Origin: Balanoglossus misakiensis
Taxonomy: Eukaryota > Animalia > Hemichordata
Direction of reading: 5' to 3'
DNA: 64,000 bases
NCBI GenBank assembly: GCA_040954595.2
Contig: CM082579.2
Coordinates: 9,351,625 to 9,415,624, forward strand
Shown piece by piece: positions 1 to 12,640 of this stretch. The position numbers were made by a program, and so were the translations under genes. Within the stretch, counting starts at the first letter, position 1; every line of letters begins with the position of its first letter. Under the pieces are notes generated by a model. The model ran no database searches. It had not been told where the DNA came from and was given only the letters and a program-made list of their open reading frames with translations.

Positions 1-3000
1 AGATAGACGAAAACGTTTCCCTCCTGAAAACACACATTAGCAATACGTCACGGCCACAGCACTGCGTTGGGAATTTCATCGGTGCGACTGCGCCTGGAGT
101 TCCCAGATATGGCCTGGCAGTAGTAGCATTCAGCGCCATAGTTCTCGTATTGTCGTTCGCTCAGCTGGGGCAACCGTTTTTTTGTTAGCCTGTCTCGCCG
201 CTCGACAGAGTGTATAAGCTCACGTGACGTAGCTTACAGAGTGAGACTAATGCGGGATGGCGCGCAGAGAGACAGTTCTAACGACGTGCCTTTTAGCGGA
301 CGGATTTCGTCGATTACAGAGTTAATGTCGGGATCGTTGTGGGCATATCTGGGCAAATTAACTCTAATTTGCCCAATCCAACTGCCGAAAACTTAAAAGT
401 GCTGATGCCCACTGCGAAGGCCGTGAAAGACTTCTCCAGTAATGTTTCAAGACACGACCTACGTGATTTGCTCGTAAACACTTGCGGACGGGGGGAGGAA
501 GCAAGACGGAGTGTCATAAAACGAAATGTCGCTGTAAAAAAAAATTGCAACGACAACGATCTGTGATATCATGCAGATGTCCAGGTTAGGCGCATGTAAA
601 GCCCAGAGTTAATCGGCATAAAAATTAATATAAAAAAAAACGAGACGTGAAAGTTCAGTCGTTTCCAGGGCTAATTAGAATATTGTGTCGAAGACGGTGA
701 ATTTCCATGCACTGCAGCATTTCCCAGCGAATATTAGAATAGATTCGGCGTAATTGAAAAACAGCTCAGAGGCACTGGCCATGCTTCTCAATATTTCGTG
801 AATTATGCTGTATTGTGATGAAATTACCATCACATCTGTGTAGTGTTGGCCTTCCCTCGGCTCAAAAACACACACCGGATCGGTAGAATATTCTCTCTGG
901 AAAGTTCAGTGTTGAAGTCTCAGCGTCGTGCGATTCCATCTCCCAGCAATATGACAACAATACAACCTCATAAAAACAATAAACTCAAGCAGTATTTCGT
1001 CGGCGTTGAACCTTTGCCATTAATCTGAGCGGCGCCCCAAACTGAGAAATTCAAATTATTTTGGTCGATTTTTGCACCCAGCGTTACACACAATATAAGC
1101 TTACTAAATACGCCATTCAAATCGGCGATTCGAGGTAAGATATATACACAGTCTAAAATAAGCAGCGGGGAGCGAAATGTCAAACCGAAACGCACGAAAA
1201 CTATCAAAACCGGTAAAATGCGCACATTTCCTGGTCTGGGGTGACGACCGAGGTACTGTTCAGCCGTCTTGGACAAGATGGGCGACTGACAAGCGTCATA
1301 AACGGGGGGTAGCAGGTGCATGCAAAACTCACTCTATCGCACCATGCCCTTCGGAGTACCTACCTCAGAGAAACTGATAATTCGTCACTGGAAAACTCCA
1401 TCCCGCTTCGAGTACCGTACCGCTGCAGTCGCGTCCGCAGATCTCTCCATATACAGCCATCTCCCCGCCTCTCTCCCAGACTGCCTGTGTCTGCTTCACA
1501 AACGAATTTAGTCGTTTTTCCTCTGTCGGAATAAAAAAAGCGTAACCCAGCCACTGACTCCGCGGTGCGTTTATTGCGTGTGTACGCCGCGCAGATCAGC
1601 GGAGGCGCAGAACCATCAGCTATTTCTGCGCGGGAGCCGCGCCGTGGTTCCGCAAATAGACATCCTTAGACGCTAGGCCATAAAAGATTCAGAAAGGCAG
1701 TTATCTCGCCTTTGTGAATGGTCTCGACTTGAGCACACCCATTACAGTCTATAACAAATAAAATAAACATTACAGACGTGGTTTCGCGACTTTTTTAGTT
1801 GGCAGAAATAAAATATGTAGGAGGAGGTGAACGAATTTACGCCATTTATAGGGTAAATAAACAATACTGCGAGCTGTGTGCGCGCGCGTGTAAAATTTAA
1901 CGCGCTGGAGTCATACGCTTACTTTTCACGAAGATATCACCAAGATTACTCGCCTGCTGTTCAAGAAATGAATATAGTTATAATGAATATAGTGAATATA
2001 TGAATATAGTTGTAATTTAGGAAAGTAAGACTTCCTTATGTCTGGCGCGATTCTTTTATTTCGTATACATGTATATTAAAGATATAAGCGAAGGAAATTT
2101 TTTTTTTTTGAAAATTGAAACAAGATCAGGTAACGACCTGCACTTTAGGAGGGTGGCGAGGAAAGGTAAGGAAAATATGGTCAAAATCCCAAATTTGCAC
2201 ACAACACCGAACAAAAATGTGGAAATGTGTGTTCGACTCGAACGACGACTGACCAGCGCGACCGGCAACAATAGTTTCTAAATTAAGTGACGATCTGAAA
2301 CCGTACAATAGGAAAACCCAGAGAAAATAAAAAGGGATATATACATATATAAAAAAGAAATAAGTTATCAAGTGACTTTGATGAATACAATTGACGGGTC
2401 TTCAATCTCCATACACACAAAGCTCCTGTATTCACCCTTGGCAAAATTCATCTTCTATTATACACGTCTCTCTGCAGCTTCTATGGGGAAATACGCTGTT
2501 GATAAATAATGCAGCGTCATAAATAAATCAAGGGGTGATTTTCCAGTTGGAGTGCCGACGCAAAAGACGTATTACCTTCAACCGCTTAATGCGTTCAAAA
2601 TGCATCATCGCGGTATTCTCAGAGCAGATGGCAAGCATTATCTACACTTGTGAAAAAACTATCTTTTTTTATACTTTGCCAGTTAACGATTGATTTTCAT
2701 CGGGTGTATTTCGACCATCAGGAATCGGGATAACACACGCGTTCGACGCAGCTAAGACATATCAGGTTGTTCTCGGAGAGACTTCGTCGAGTTTTAGACC
2801 CTGGCGAAAAGCGACCTAGAAGAGGGAGCACACACGACCCTAATGCGTTCTAATGCTGATTTTAACTGCCTTCTTTGTTTTGAGAGAAACTCAAAAAGGG
2901 AGAAAATTGTTTGGGAATACTGCAGAGTCCCATATGTGACTGACATATGAGGTCGGGGACGACTGAGGCCCGCGTCACATTTTCTGCCTAAACGCGAAGA

Positions 3001-6000
3001 CGCTTCGCGCGGGAGTGTCTCAGGAGTCCCGGGTTTCGGCGAAATCAATCGGAAATTGTGCCAGCAGATACCGCGCAGGCTGCTCGCTTTCACGGTTTCC
3101 CAAATTACCGGCTTCGCTAGCCTCCTGTTCTCTGCGACACTTTCTAGTGTGCAGAACGGAGGCGCGGGTCAGATAGTGGGGTACATTCGCCATCGTCTGT
3201 CGACAAACTTGATGTTCGGGACAGCGAGGATCGAACGGCTTCCGCGCAAGATAATGATGACATCGCATATGACGCGCGCGATGAAATCAAGAGCGTACAC
3301 TAAAATGAAAACAAATGTCTCCCTTCGATGATTTAACATCATCAAATAAACTCATTCTGGTACTTCTTCAAAATTACTACATGTATTTCATATTATCTTG
3401 AACGAACATTGTTATAGTACTGATTCGAATAAACTTTGTGATTCCATACATATATTCTTGCGCGGACAATATGAGGTTGTGTTAAAGTTGTGATAGAAAA
3501 TAATAAAAAATCAATGAAAGTCATATTGTAAGATATTAATGATTTTGTAATGTATCGATTGATTTATTACTCTGGCGGTGAAATGTCGTGTCATTAATAA
3601 TCGTAGCAATTTGCTCTGTCCTCACCCTCTCGGAGACCTGTTTCTTTCTGCTATAGCTGCCGCGCCATTGTGTTAGCCGCTATCGGAGGCAGTTATCGAC
3701 TCTTGTGTGTGTACAACGTACAACCAGCTCGCCTATTTCCTTCTGCCAAGCAATGCATATTGAACGAGCGATAAAAAATTGATTAATTTCGACACGGTTC
3801 TTCAAAAGAGCTGATAAAAAAAGTTGAATGGAGGAAAAGGCGCCCGCTGTTTGCGCGCACGATGACGTTTTCAATTTCGACATGAAATTTTCATCAGATG
3901 TCATTGATAGCAAATAAACTGATGGGGGAATACCTGAATGTTTTCTCTTTAACACTTGTATAAAGCACACACGGTTTATTTATGATAATATTCTCCACGA
4001 CTCCGCGACTACGCCCGGACATTAATCATTGAAGACAAACTCTGCCTTTTATCGCGAAAAATAATTGGCGATATCTTTTCGCCTCATGAATTTATCTGCA
4101 GAAAGTAAGCAGAGGGTCCGGCCTTACTTTGTAATCAAGCGCCGTAATGACTTCTTGAGACATCGACACAAGACAAATGTGTGTGTGCGTCTGTGCGCGC
4201 TGTTTCGCATGACCGATCCGCTATTTTTTTTCTCTCTCTCTCGGCAGATAAAGTCTGGGCGGCGTGTACAGAGCGAGGGGGAAAGAGAAAGTACACGGGC
4301 CACTGAGCAGTTCCCCCCGTGAAGAATAAAACGTAAACTCACAGCGACATCCGCCTCGGACCTTTGACCCTTGACCCTGGTATCGAATAAACCATGTGCA
4401 TATACCTGGAAGCTGCATGCGACATTTTATACGAGAGACGGGTAAGCCTATACGATATATTAGAGGTACATACACACGCGCACGTTCATCTATACGGCAG
4501 TGATCTTTTTTCAGGCGACAGCACCCGAAAGTCACGGGCAAAAGAAATAAAACTTTGCCCACGTCGGAGGTTACGTTTAATTTCTGTCAATCACTCGTTT
4601 ATCGTCGCGAAGTCAAAACAGATTGAAATTGTAACTTGCAATAATCCCCGTCTCTTCTGTATGTAAAACAATCTTACCAACCCAACACTCACGTTTAAAA
4701 AAAATTGTATTCAGAGACTTCGAAACTCATTTCCAATGAGTAAACAAGTCAAAAGAAAGCGCCCAGAATTTCTATCGGCACGTTTTCAATTAACCATTTA
4801 ATTCACAAATTACATACGATGCTTTCAATCCTCTCTCTCTCGCATTATCGTCAGCTATGATTGCGCCAATTTTCATCGTAATGTTTGTCAATGAAAGAAA
4901 ATCTTACATGATAATTTTAAACCATATTTTCTTATTTATTCTGTTAATCCCCCACCGACAAACTTCTCTCATGGCTATTTACCGATATTCCACTAGACAC
5001 TGTTACATTACACTCACGACACCCATGAGGGAATACCTTCTTTAATATCAAATTCTGTTTGATCCAATCTCTCTCTCTCTCTCTTACAATTTTAATCTTT
5101 TCCAATAAAATGTCGCCGTTTAACTTAATAAAGTTTCCACGAATCTGCAACACAAATAAATCCATTTTCAAGTCAGTGATGTTTGAGAACAACAATGACC
5201 CGTCCCTGCAGCAACTTTACACAACAACATCTACTCCTTCAGTCACTAGTATGCGGGTCACACACACCATTAAGACGGTTCTGAAGCGTCTCAGATCAGA
5301 TACCGTCTTTAAAAAAACCACGTGTGGACGGTGTACAGTGGTTCTGAAACGGCCTAGATTTGAGACGGCTTTGCCGGCCAGACCTGAGCATCTTCACGAC
5401 CCCAATATTTGGCTACCGCTGCATATAGATTCTATCTTCCTTGTGACATGAGTCTATATGATGTGTTGCATGTGTATCTGATCCTGCAAACGGTTAAAGA
5501 CTTTGTCTGTGGTTTAAAGTAAAGTCCCCCCAAGTGTCGCCTGTAAACCGCCGACCCCATCTCCAGTTCCGTGCCCAGCCATAATATTCCATACCTATAA
5601 GCTTATTTGGGAGTCAGGCAAAAAAACCGTGGTGAGTTTCAATCCCTCGAACAACACAGTCCTGCAAGATAAGGTAAAAATTGAGATTAAAGCTCGCTTT
5701 CAATTATATCGTGTTGTACAAAATGATTTCTGGATAAAAACTGAAACATAAAATATATCCAACCTACCTGCCGTATTTCTGAAGGACAAGTTATATGAAA
5801 CACATTTTTATATGGGTCAAATTCCTTTTTCTAATTCTAATCGCTTGAACAACACACTCGGGCTCATTCTATTTTGAAAACATGGCAGACTTGCGCAAAA
5901 CGTGAAACACATATAACTGCAATCTTTTTTTCGCATATTGTGCCATCGTTGTATTCCCGTCACTCAAGGATATTGGTTGGAAAGTGTCTAAAGCCGAGAA

Positions 6001-6450
6001 CCATATCGATTTCTCGGGTATCTGCCATTAATGGCATTATACTGAAAACGTTTCTTGTCCAACCGAACCGAATTCGCGCTTTCTGTACAATAACACGGAT
6101 TTACAGTACATCTCTGCGAACGTTTCTCGATTCAGTGTCCCGCAGCAAGAAGACCCGATAGATGTTTTGTCACAGCATACGACAAAGGCATGTAAAGTGA
6201 AGAAAAAAATGTATCAACATATCAGATAATGGCGGGATTATCAAGGGAGAGTCGAGTCTTAAGTATAAAACTTGCCGGCAGCGTGTACTCACAAGTTGTT
6301 AAAGTGGAACACCAATTTTACGTATAGGCCGAACAGGCCCCCCGAGAACTTGGATGCAGATCGTCCTGTAACAAAAGAGAAATGGGGGGGGGGGGTGAGC
6401 GGGAAGCGCGCCAAGGCAATTTAACAGTTGACGTACATGTATAAGGCAAC

Positions 6451-6500
6451 TGAACCAACCATCCAACCAACCAACCAAACAAACAAACAACCAACCAAAC
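6451..6500 (+). repeat. (AACC)n/(AAAC)n microsatellite
   Basis: Read directly from the sequence. Confidence 0.8.
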
Positions 6501-7441
6501 ATCCAGCCAGGCGCGCAACGGAAACGTCAAAGTTGGCATGGTGATAGATACCAATGACTGTAAAAAATATAGTACATGTATAATAATGTGAACCTGTTTT
6601 TCAGTTATAGATTCGTGTATCACAAAATTTGTATTTGTCGTCACTGAATCCAATGACAACGCAGTTCACGCATATTTTCAGTCTAAAGAAATCTACTGGT
6701 CAGCTTTTACAGTTACTGCGGCTGTAGACCCGAATGCCCCCCCCCCCCGAACTGTCCAACAGCATCAGTACCATCACAGGGCTATGGCTGCTTTCAGTAG
6801 AACCACCAGCGAACACACAGCGAAACTGGTTATAGGTCATGTAGGCAAAACTGTTATACTTCAAATGCATAGTTTTTAAATGTTCCACGTTGAGTTGACT
6901 TTCGCTGTGTTGTATTTAATACATGGCCATATTTGAACGCCTGTCTTCATAGAAAGATATGGTGTGATCTGCTTCTGCTTTAAAGCCAAGATATGTCTGG
7001 GGGTGGGGTGGAGGGTAGGGGGAATTGACCTGGCATGATTATTAAGAAAATACAGTTTTGAATATTTAATGACGGATTGCTATCAGATGATATCTCTAAA
7101 ACATTTTTTTTATTCCAATTGATGTGACTGATTAAGATATCATCGTCATTTCAAGAAATAATAAATTGGTTTACTCTCTCTTGCTTTGTTCACGCTAGTT
7201 CCTCCGTAAAGTTACCATCCGAGATGTTCATTAAATTTCATAAATACTTCATTCACGGGATCAGGGCTATTGGCTTCGAAACGAATGCACACAAAGAAGT
7301 ACACAATACCCAAAATTAATTTCGCCTTTGCTGACTTTAATATTTCATGGACGATTATATGCAAAGCTATGTCAGTTATATAGCATCCGACTTTTGCAGG
7401 CATAGGTTATCAATATTTCTCGGGAGTATCCAAGCTCCATA

Positions 7442-7539
7442 TCTCTCTGTCTCTGTCTCTGTCTCTCCCTCTCTCCTTTCCTTCCCTCCCTCCCTCCCTC
7501 CCTCCCCCTCCCTCCCTCCCTCCCCTCCGTCCCTCCCCC
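7442..7539 (+). repeat. (CTCTGT)n/(CCCT)n polypyrimidine microsatellite
   Basis: Read directly from the sequence. Confidence 0.85.
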
Positions 7540-8153
7540 TACACTCTTGTGATGAAGAATGGTCAGTTTTCCTCGGTTTCGAGTAAGGTGTAGGATTTGT
7601 GGAAAGAACAAAAAAAATATCTTTGGTCAAATTTGACAGGATGTTCTGTCCTATATGATAATCTTATTATATTCTTTAAGCAATACCGTTACGGCAATCT
7701 CTCTCCCCGAATACATGGGATCTTCATTTCACTCTTTCCTTTCCGTCTTTTGACATTTAACGAAGTAGGTGTTTTCGTCACCCTGTAGATGTACTCACAC
7801 CTGTCCACCCTACGCCCACTTCTCGGCCACTTTGGTGTGGGTCTCGCCGGCCGCGAGATTCTATACAGTTACATGTATATTAACACCCAGCAAACTACGG
7901 CGGATTTAGAAACAATGGCAATTATTTCACGTGGCAAATTGAGGGGAATTTATAATTATTTGACAACTTTTCACCCCTCAATTTCCGCGTGTACAGTTGC
8001 GACTTAACCTTAACGGAAATGGACCGAACCATTGTGGCGTGAAAGGGTCCACAGAAGGCAATTGGGTTTCAAACGTGAGTCAATTTTGCAGCAATGTTTG
8101 TGGTAGCGAGTGCCAAGGCATACATGTATACAAGACATAACACTGTTGACACA

Positions 8154-8300
<147 letters not shown>

Positions 8301-10291
8301 GAACACCTCTACTACCAGAAAGACAAAACTTTATCCAGCGACACAAGTCGAGACGAGAGCGGAAAAGATTGGGAAGTCGTCTAACACAAGCGACGCATGC
8401 GTGTTTGACCGCATCACAGAATATACACTTTATATTCCCGTTTTTTTTATTCGAATGTCTTGACAAATTAGAACTGATTAATTTTCCTGCAGGAAATATG
8501 ATTTTTTCCGATTGGAGAGATCGGGTCTTGGATAGACAGAGCCCGAAGGCCCATCACAGACGTATCAATGAAATTGAATTTGAAGTGCGCAGATTGCGCC
8601 AACAGTTCCCTGCGCCGTACAATGCGATGATGAATTTCACGAGATGTATATCTTCCGGGTTTGGCAGTTCCCCGGAAGTCATACTGAAGGGGGTAATGGG
8701 AGAGAAATCGGTGTTTGGCTAGATGAGTGAAAAAACGATGAAATCTGATCTGTCGTTTGCATTTCGAGAAGCGATTACGGAAAGTCGGGTCAACAAAGTT
8801 TGCGCGGATTATTTCATGAAGACGGGGGAAAAAACAAGATTTTGCGGTAAACGCCTCGTCATGTTGCCCGCTGCGCGCGTTAAAGGGATTCTCCTTTCAG
8901 TTTCCGGTGAGATTTTCTAGCGTCAACTGAGAATATTTGATGAAGAGCTACAAAAATGCCACGCCTACTTGTAATCACCGAGCTCTATTTTCATACTTTG
9001 CTTCTAAATGTACCGAAGTTGCTTTCAAACATCGCCTGGTAGTGGCGGCTTCTCAAAGACCCAAACCCTGCTCATAGGGATATAAATTTCATGTCTTGCG
9101 CAGAATGATATTAAACAAAGACTAGAAACTTTTAGTTCCTTATTTCCTGTAGTTTCGACGTTCGTAGTTGTCGGGATATGTGTCGACTCGGTATACGTGA
9201 ACTTCGTCTTTCGCGCGACAGGGTATTTATCGCGGGCACATGTCTTGCTGGTTTTACATTACAAGAGGCTAACTTGCGTTGAATACATGTAAATATATAT
9301 AATATGTCGAAATGTGATTTCGATGGAATGGTTCTTTTCGCACTCTACATGGAAAAACGAGTCGATTGTCTCACAGGGCGGAAACCCTTAGCTGCCTCAA
9401 GATTTCTCAGCTCAGTTTTCTATCAAAGTTCAATTTGTGTCGATCATAAACTTTTCGGCGACTTTCCCAAAGCGGCGTTCATCATGAATGATCAAGAAGG
9501 CTCTCGAAGTCCAAGATCAAGCATCGTTGCGAAATTGTGCTCCGCCATTTTGTGTTTAAAGATGGCGTCTACCAGATCGTCTTTTGGGATCGTCTGTCAA
9601 TCTGAATTGGAAACTGAGTTTCCACGCTGTGTGTGTGTGTGCTCTGCTATTATATTGCAGACGTCTTATTTCTGAGAAGATTTCGGAAAGTTGAACAAAC
9701 CGCGGTGTTTCACCTGGCGTTACAATTTCGTCTCGCGCGCGGATCTCTGTAGTTTGATAAATCCCCGGGAAGTGACAGATAATTACACGGGCGTTAGGAT
9801 ATACTAACAGGGGCGTTTAAGAATTCATACGGTAGCACCACGCGCGGAATGCAAACTCACTCCTCTGTAAAGACCAGAGGTGACGACCTCTACCAGAAAG
9901 ACATGAAATATCGAACTGTCATCGCCAAGAACTGGCGTTATATGAGTAAATAATACATGTAATTATTTTTTTTTTTTTGCGAGTAACTGCAAATCTGCGT
10001 TAAGTCTAATATCGAACGAGTGGTTTTCTTTGCCTTCAACCCATGAAGTATATAATTGCTAAAAGGAGTGAATGGCAGAATTTCGTTCATTTCCGATTTA
10101 CGCGAAACACATACCTCGTATTAAAGTTGGGGCGAGAAAGTTTAACTACGGGAGTGGTAGTATTCATTTTTCAGTATTCATTCACTGTAAATTAGCTCGA
10201 GTGTCTTGTTCTACTCCACAGAACACGCTGGCTCTACACATCGGCACAGCTTGTGCACGTGTACGCGCACAAATAACGAGGACGCTTGTAG

Positions 10292-10487
10292 TTAAAGGTA
10301 TACGGTCACCTATGGAGATTTAGCTGCAGTGACCATGGGCAACTTGAGGTCTGGCCAATCACGGATTTTCAGTGGGTGGCACACGCGAAAAAAAGAGCGC
10401 CATCATACGTTCTTTAGAACACTCAAATTACGATATTTCAGCCATATATGAGCGTGTGTAAATTTGGAGGTGACTGTATACCTTTAA
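10292..10487. mobile_element. Non-autonomous DNA transposon (MITE), Kolobok/T2-like, 188 bp between TTAA duplications
   Basis: TTAA (10292-10295) | AGGTATACGGTCACCT (10296-10311) ... AGGTGACTGTATACCT (10468-10483) | TTAA (10484-10487). The TIRs match at 15/16 positions and there is no ORF. TTAA TSDs with AGG termini fit Kolobok/T2 rather than piggyBac (CC termini). Confidence 0.85.
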
Positions 10488-12479
10488 GTCTCATCCGGGC
10501 ACTTCGTCGTTCTTATTCGGTAAAGAGAGATCAATTTTGATGTTTGGTGTATTTTCTGTTCGATATTTAGTTCCGTGATTTCGTTTCACTCCATACATTT
10601 GCCCACGGAGACATGTCGAAAAAGTCGAATATTCGACTTGTAGGCGTAGTCTGTGCGTATGTGTGTGTACAATATGCATTGCTATGTTTGACAGACGTTT
10701 TTGAAATTGGGTTACTTTCAGTAATTGCCGTTCATATAAAAATTCATTCGGTGTCTTAACATGCTTTGTTGGAGTAGTACAAGAAACTAACATTGACACG
10801 GAATAAAAAGATATAATTTTAACCAAACATCACAAACCAAAGCCTACTCCAACAAATTGTTGTTGATATGCAGTTGAAGAAAGAGCTGTTTCTTTTTTCA
10901 AAACCTAGAGCTGAGTTTCGTGGAATTTCAACATCATTGTGTTGTCGTCCCCCCCCCCCCTTCTTCTCTTCTCTCGATACTTGCGTATTCATTTCGTTCT
11001 CCCTGCGTCGTAAACACGCTGAAAAGATCGCCCCTCGTTCCTCGCCGTCTTTGTGGTGCCTCCGCCGCCAGTTTTACAACAAGATAACACCGACCACGCA
11101 AATCCCCGGAATCGTTGCCAGCAAATCACCCCAACGGTGCTACTAGCAACCTGCGCGTCAGACACATGCCCAGGAATAGAACGACTCGTCTATCTGTTTT
11201 TTTTTTATTGGCAAATAAAAAGGCCGTGTTGACTTTTATGTGGAAATCTCTACTTGGTTTTCGATATCCGCACACTTGTACGCTTGTTCTTGTTTCAAGT
11301 CGTCTTCAGCCTGGTGACTAAGAGTGCTTCATTGCGTCAATGTAACACACCTGCATCCCCTTGTGGTATAATCGACCCCCTCCCACCGCACGTATACATA
11401 GAATTTTAGTAGTTTGTGAGGTCCGTGACGACACATTTGTAATTGATCGCAAATTTCTTGGTCAAACAATATTTTTACACCAAAGACCTATAAATCAGCG
11501 AGAGGCTCTTTTTATGAATTATATTTCTGTGTAACCAAAGTTTGTAGTACCGGAAGTGTGTGTTTTGCGTCTTGAAAGGGTGGATTTAGAAAAAAAAAGT
11601 GTAAGTCGCCTCGAAAATCCCCAAACCTCCCCCCCCTTCCTCTATAATCATTGAAGAGCCCCCCCCAAGGGCGACAGAGCCTTTCATATAGGAGTCCACT
11701 TATTTTCAGAAGATCACTTATGCAGAGAATTTGCGAATGTTTGACCACATTTATTCAGTACGAAAAACTATCGCGGCTACTCAAAAACCCGTGTGATAAA
11801 CCGTAGTTTTAAGTCAATATTTGAGAAAGTGTTGATTTCCAATTTATGCTCCTTTATTTAAAAGTGTCTGCAAGCAACTTTGTGTGTGTGTGGGGGGGGG
11901 GGGGTGGGTCACTTACCGAGAATGATAAAGTTATCACATACTAGCTACCTACGTATATAGCCTCTGTATTCGTAAAGTTTCACTACTTTCAAATGCAAAA
12001 CATATCACACCAGGAAAGTGACTTTTTTTAAAGTTCAGAAAGAAAATCCAGGGTGATAAATATAACATTTTCAAGGATTTACTAGGCGATGGCCAATGGG
12101 ATAAAGTATACCTATATATGTTGTTTGCACAGACGTTACTTAGATTAAAATATTTGGTTACGTGTGACAGTTACGTGTAGCGCCTTCTCAGATAAAGGAA
12201 AGAATCAAATAATGGAGAAGCACCCGGAGCCAGTGACTATCGAATGCATCAAAGAACGCGCCGTCATTTTTCTCACCAATTACGCCCTCCGTTTGAGCGA
12301 TTTTGTCGAATTTTCAAAATTTCTGGTTCGATCAGTTTGCTACATTATCGGACGGCATTCTGGGTGGACGGAAATCGACATTTATTTTGATTTTTTCTAG
12401 ACATCGCCCTGGCTTCGTCTTTTTGTCGTCTTTCTCCCAATGGCGGGGTCTTTCTTTTTCCTGTGACGGCGGCGGTGTC

Positions 12480-12517
12480 GATGATGATGACGATGATGAT
12501 GATGATGATGATGACGA

Positions 12518-12555
<38 letters not shown>

Positions 12556-12640
12556 TTGTTGATGATGGTGCTGGAGATGATGTTTGCCTGCCTGCCTGCC
12601 AGTGTCTGTCTGTCTGTCTGTCTGTCTGCCTGTCTGTCTG
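12480..12640 (+). repeat. Compound microsatellite (GAT)n(GTT)n...(CCTG)n(TCTG)n
   Basis: Read directly from the sequence. Confidence 0.95.

Noticed and set aside
1968-2010. Four TGAATATA repeats resembling POU half-sites
   Set aside because: More simply explained as local slippage in AT-rich sequence.
5272-5320. Short inverted repeat aagacggt-tctga...tcaga-t-accgtctt, and small hairpins at 8652-8678 and 50917-50953
   Set aside because: They are too short and isolated, with no TSD or RNA-family signature.
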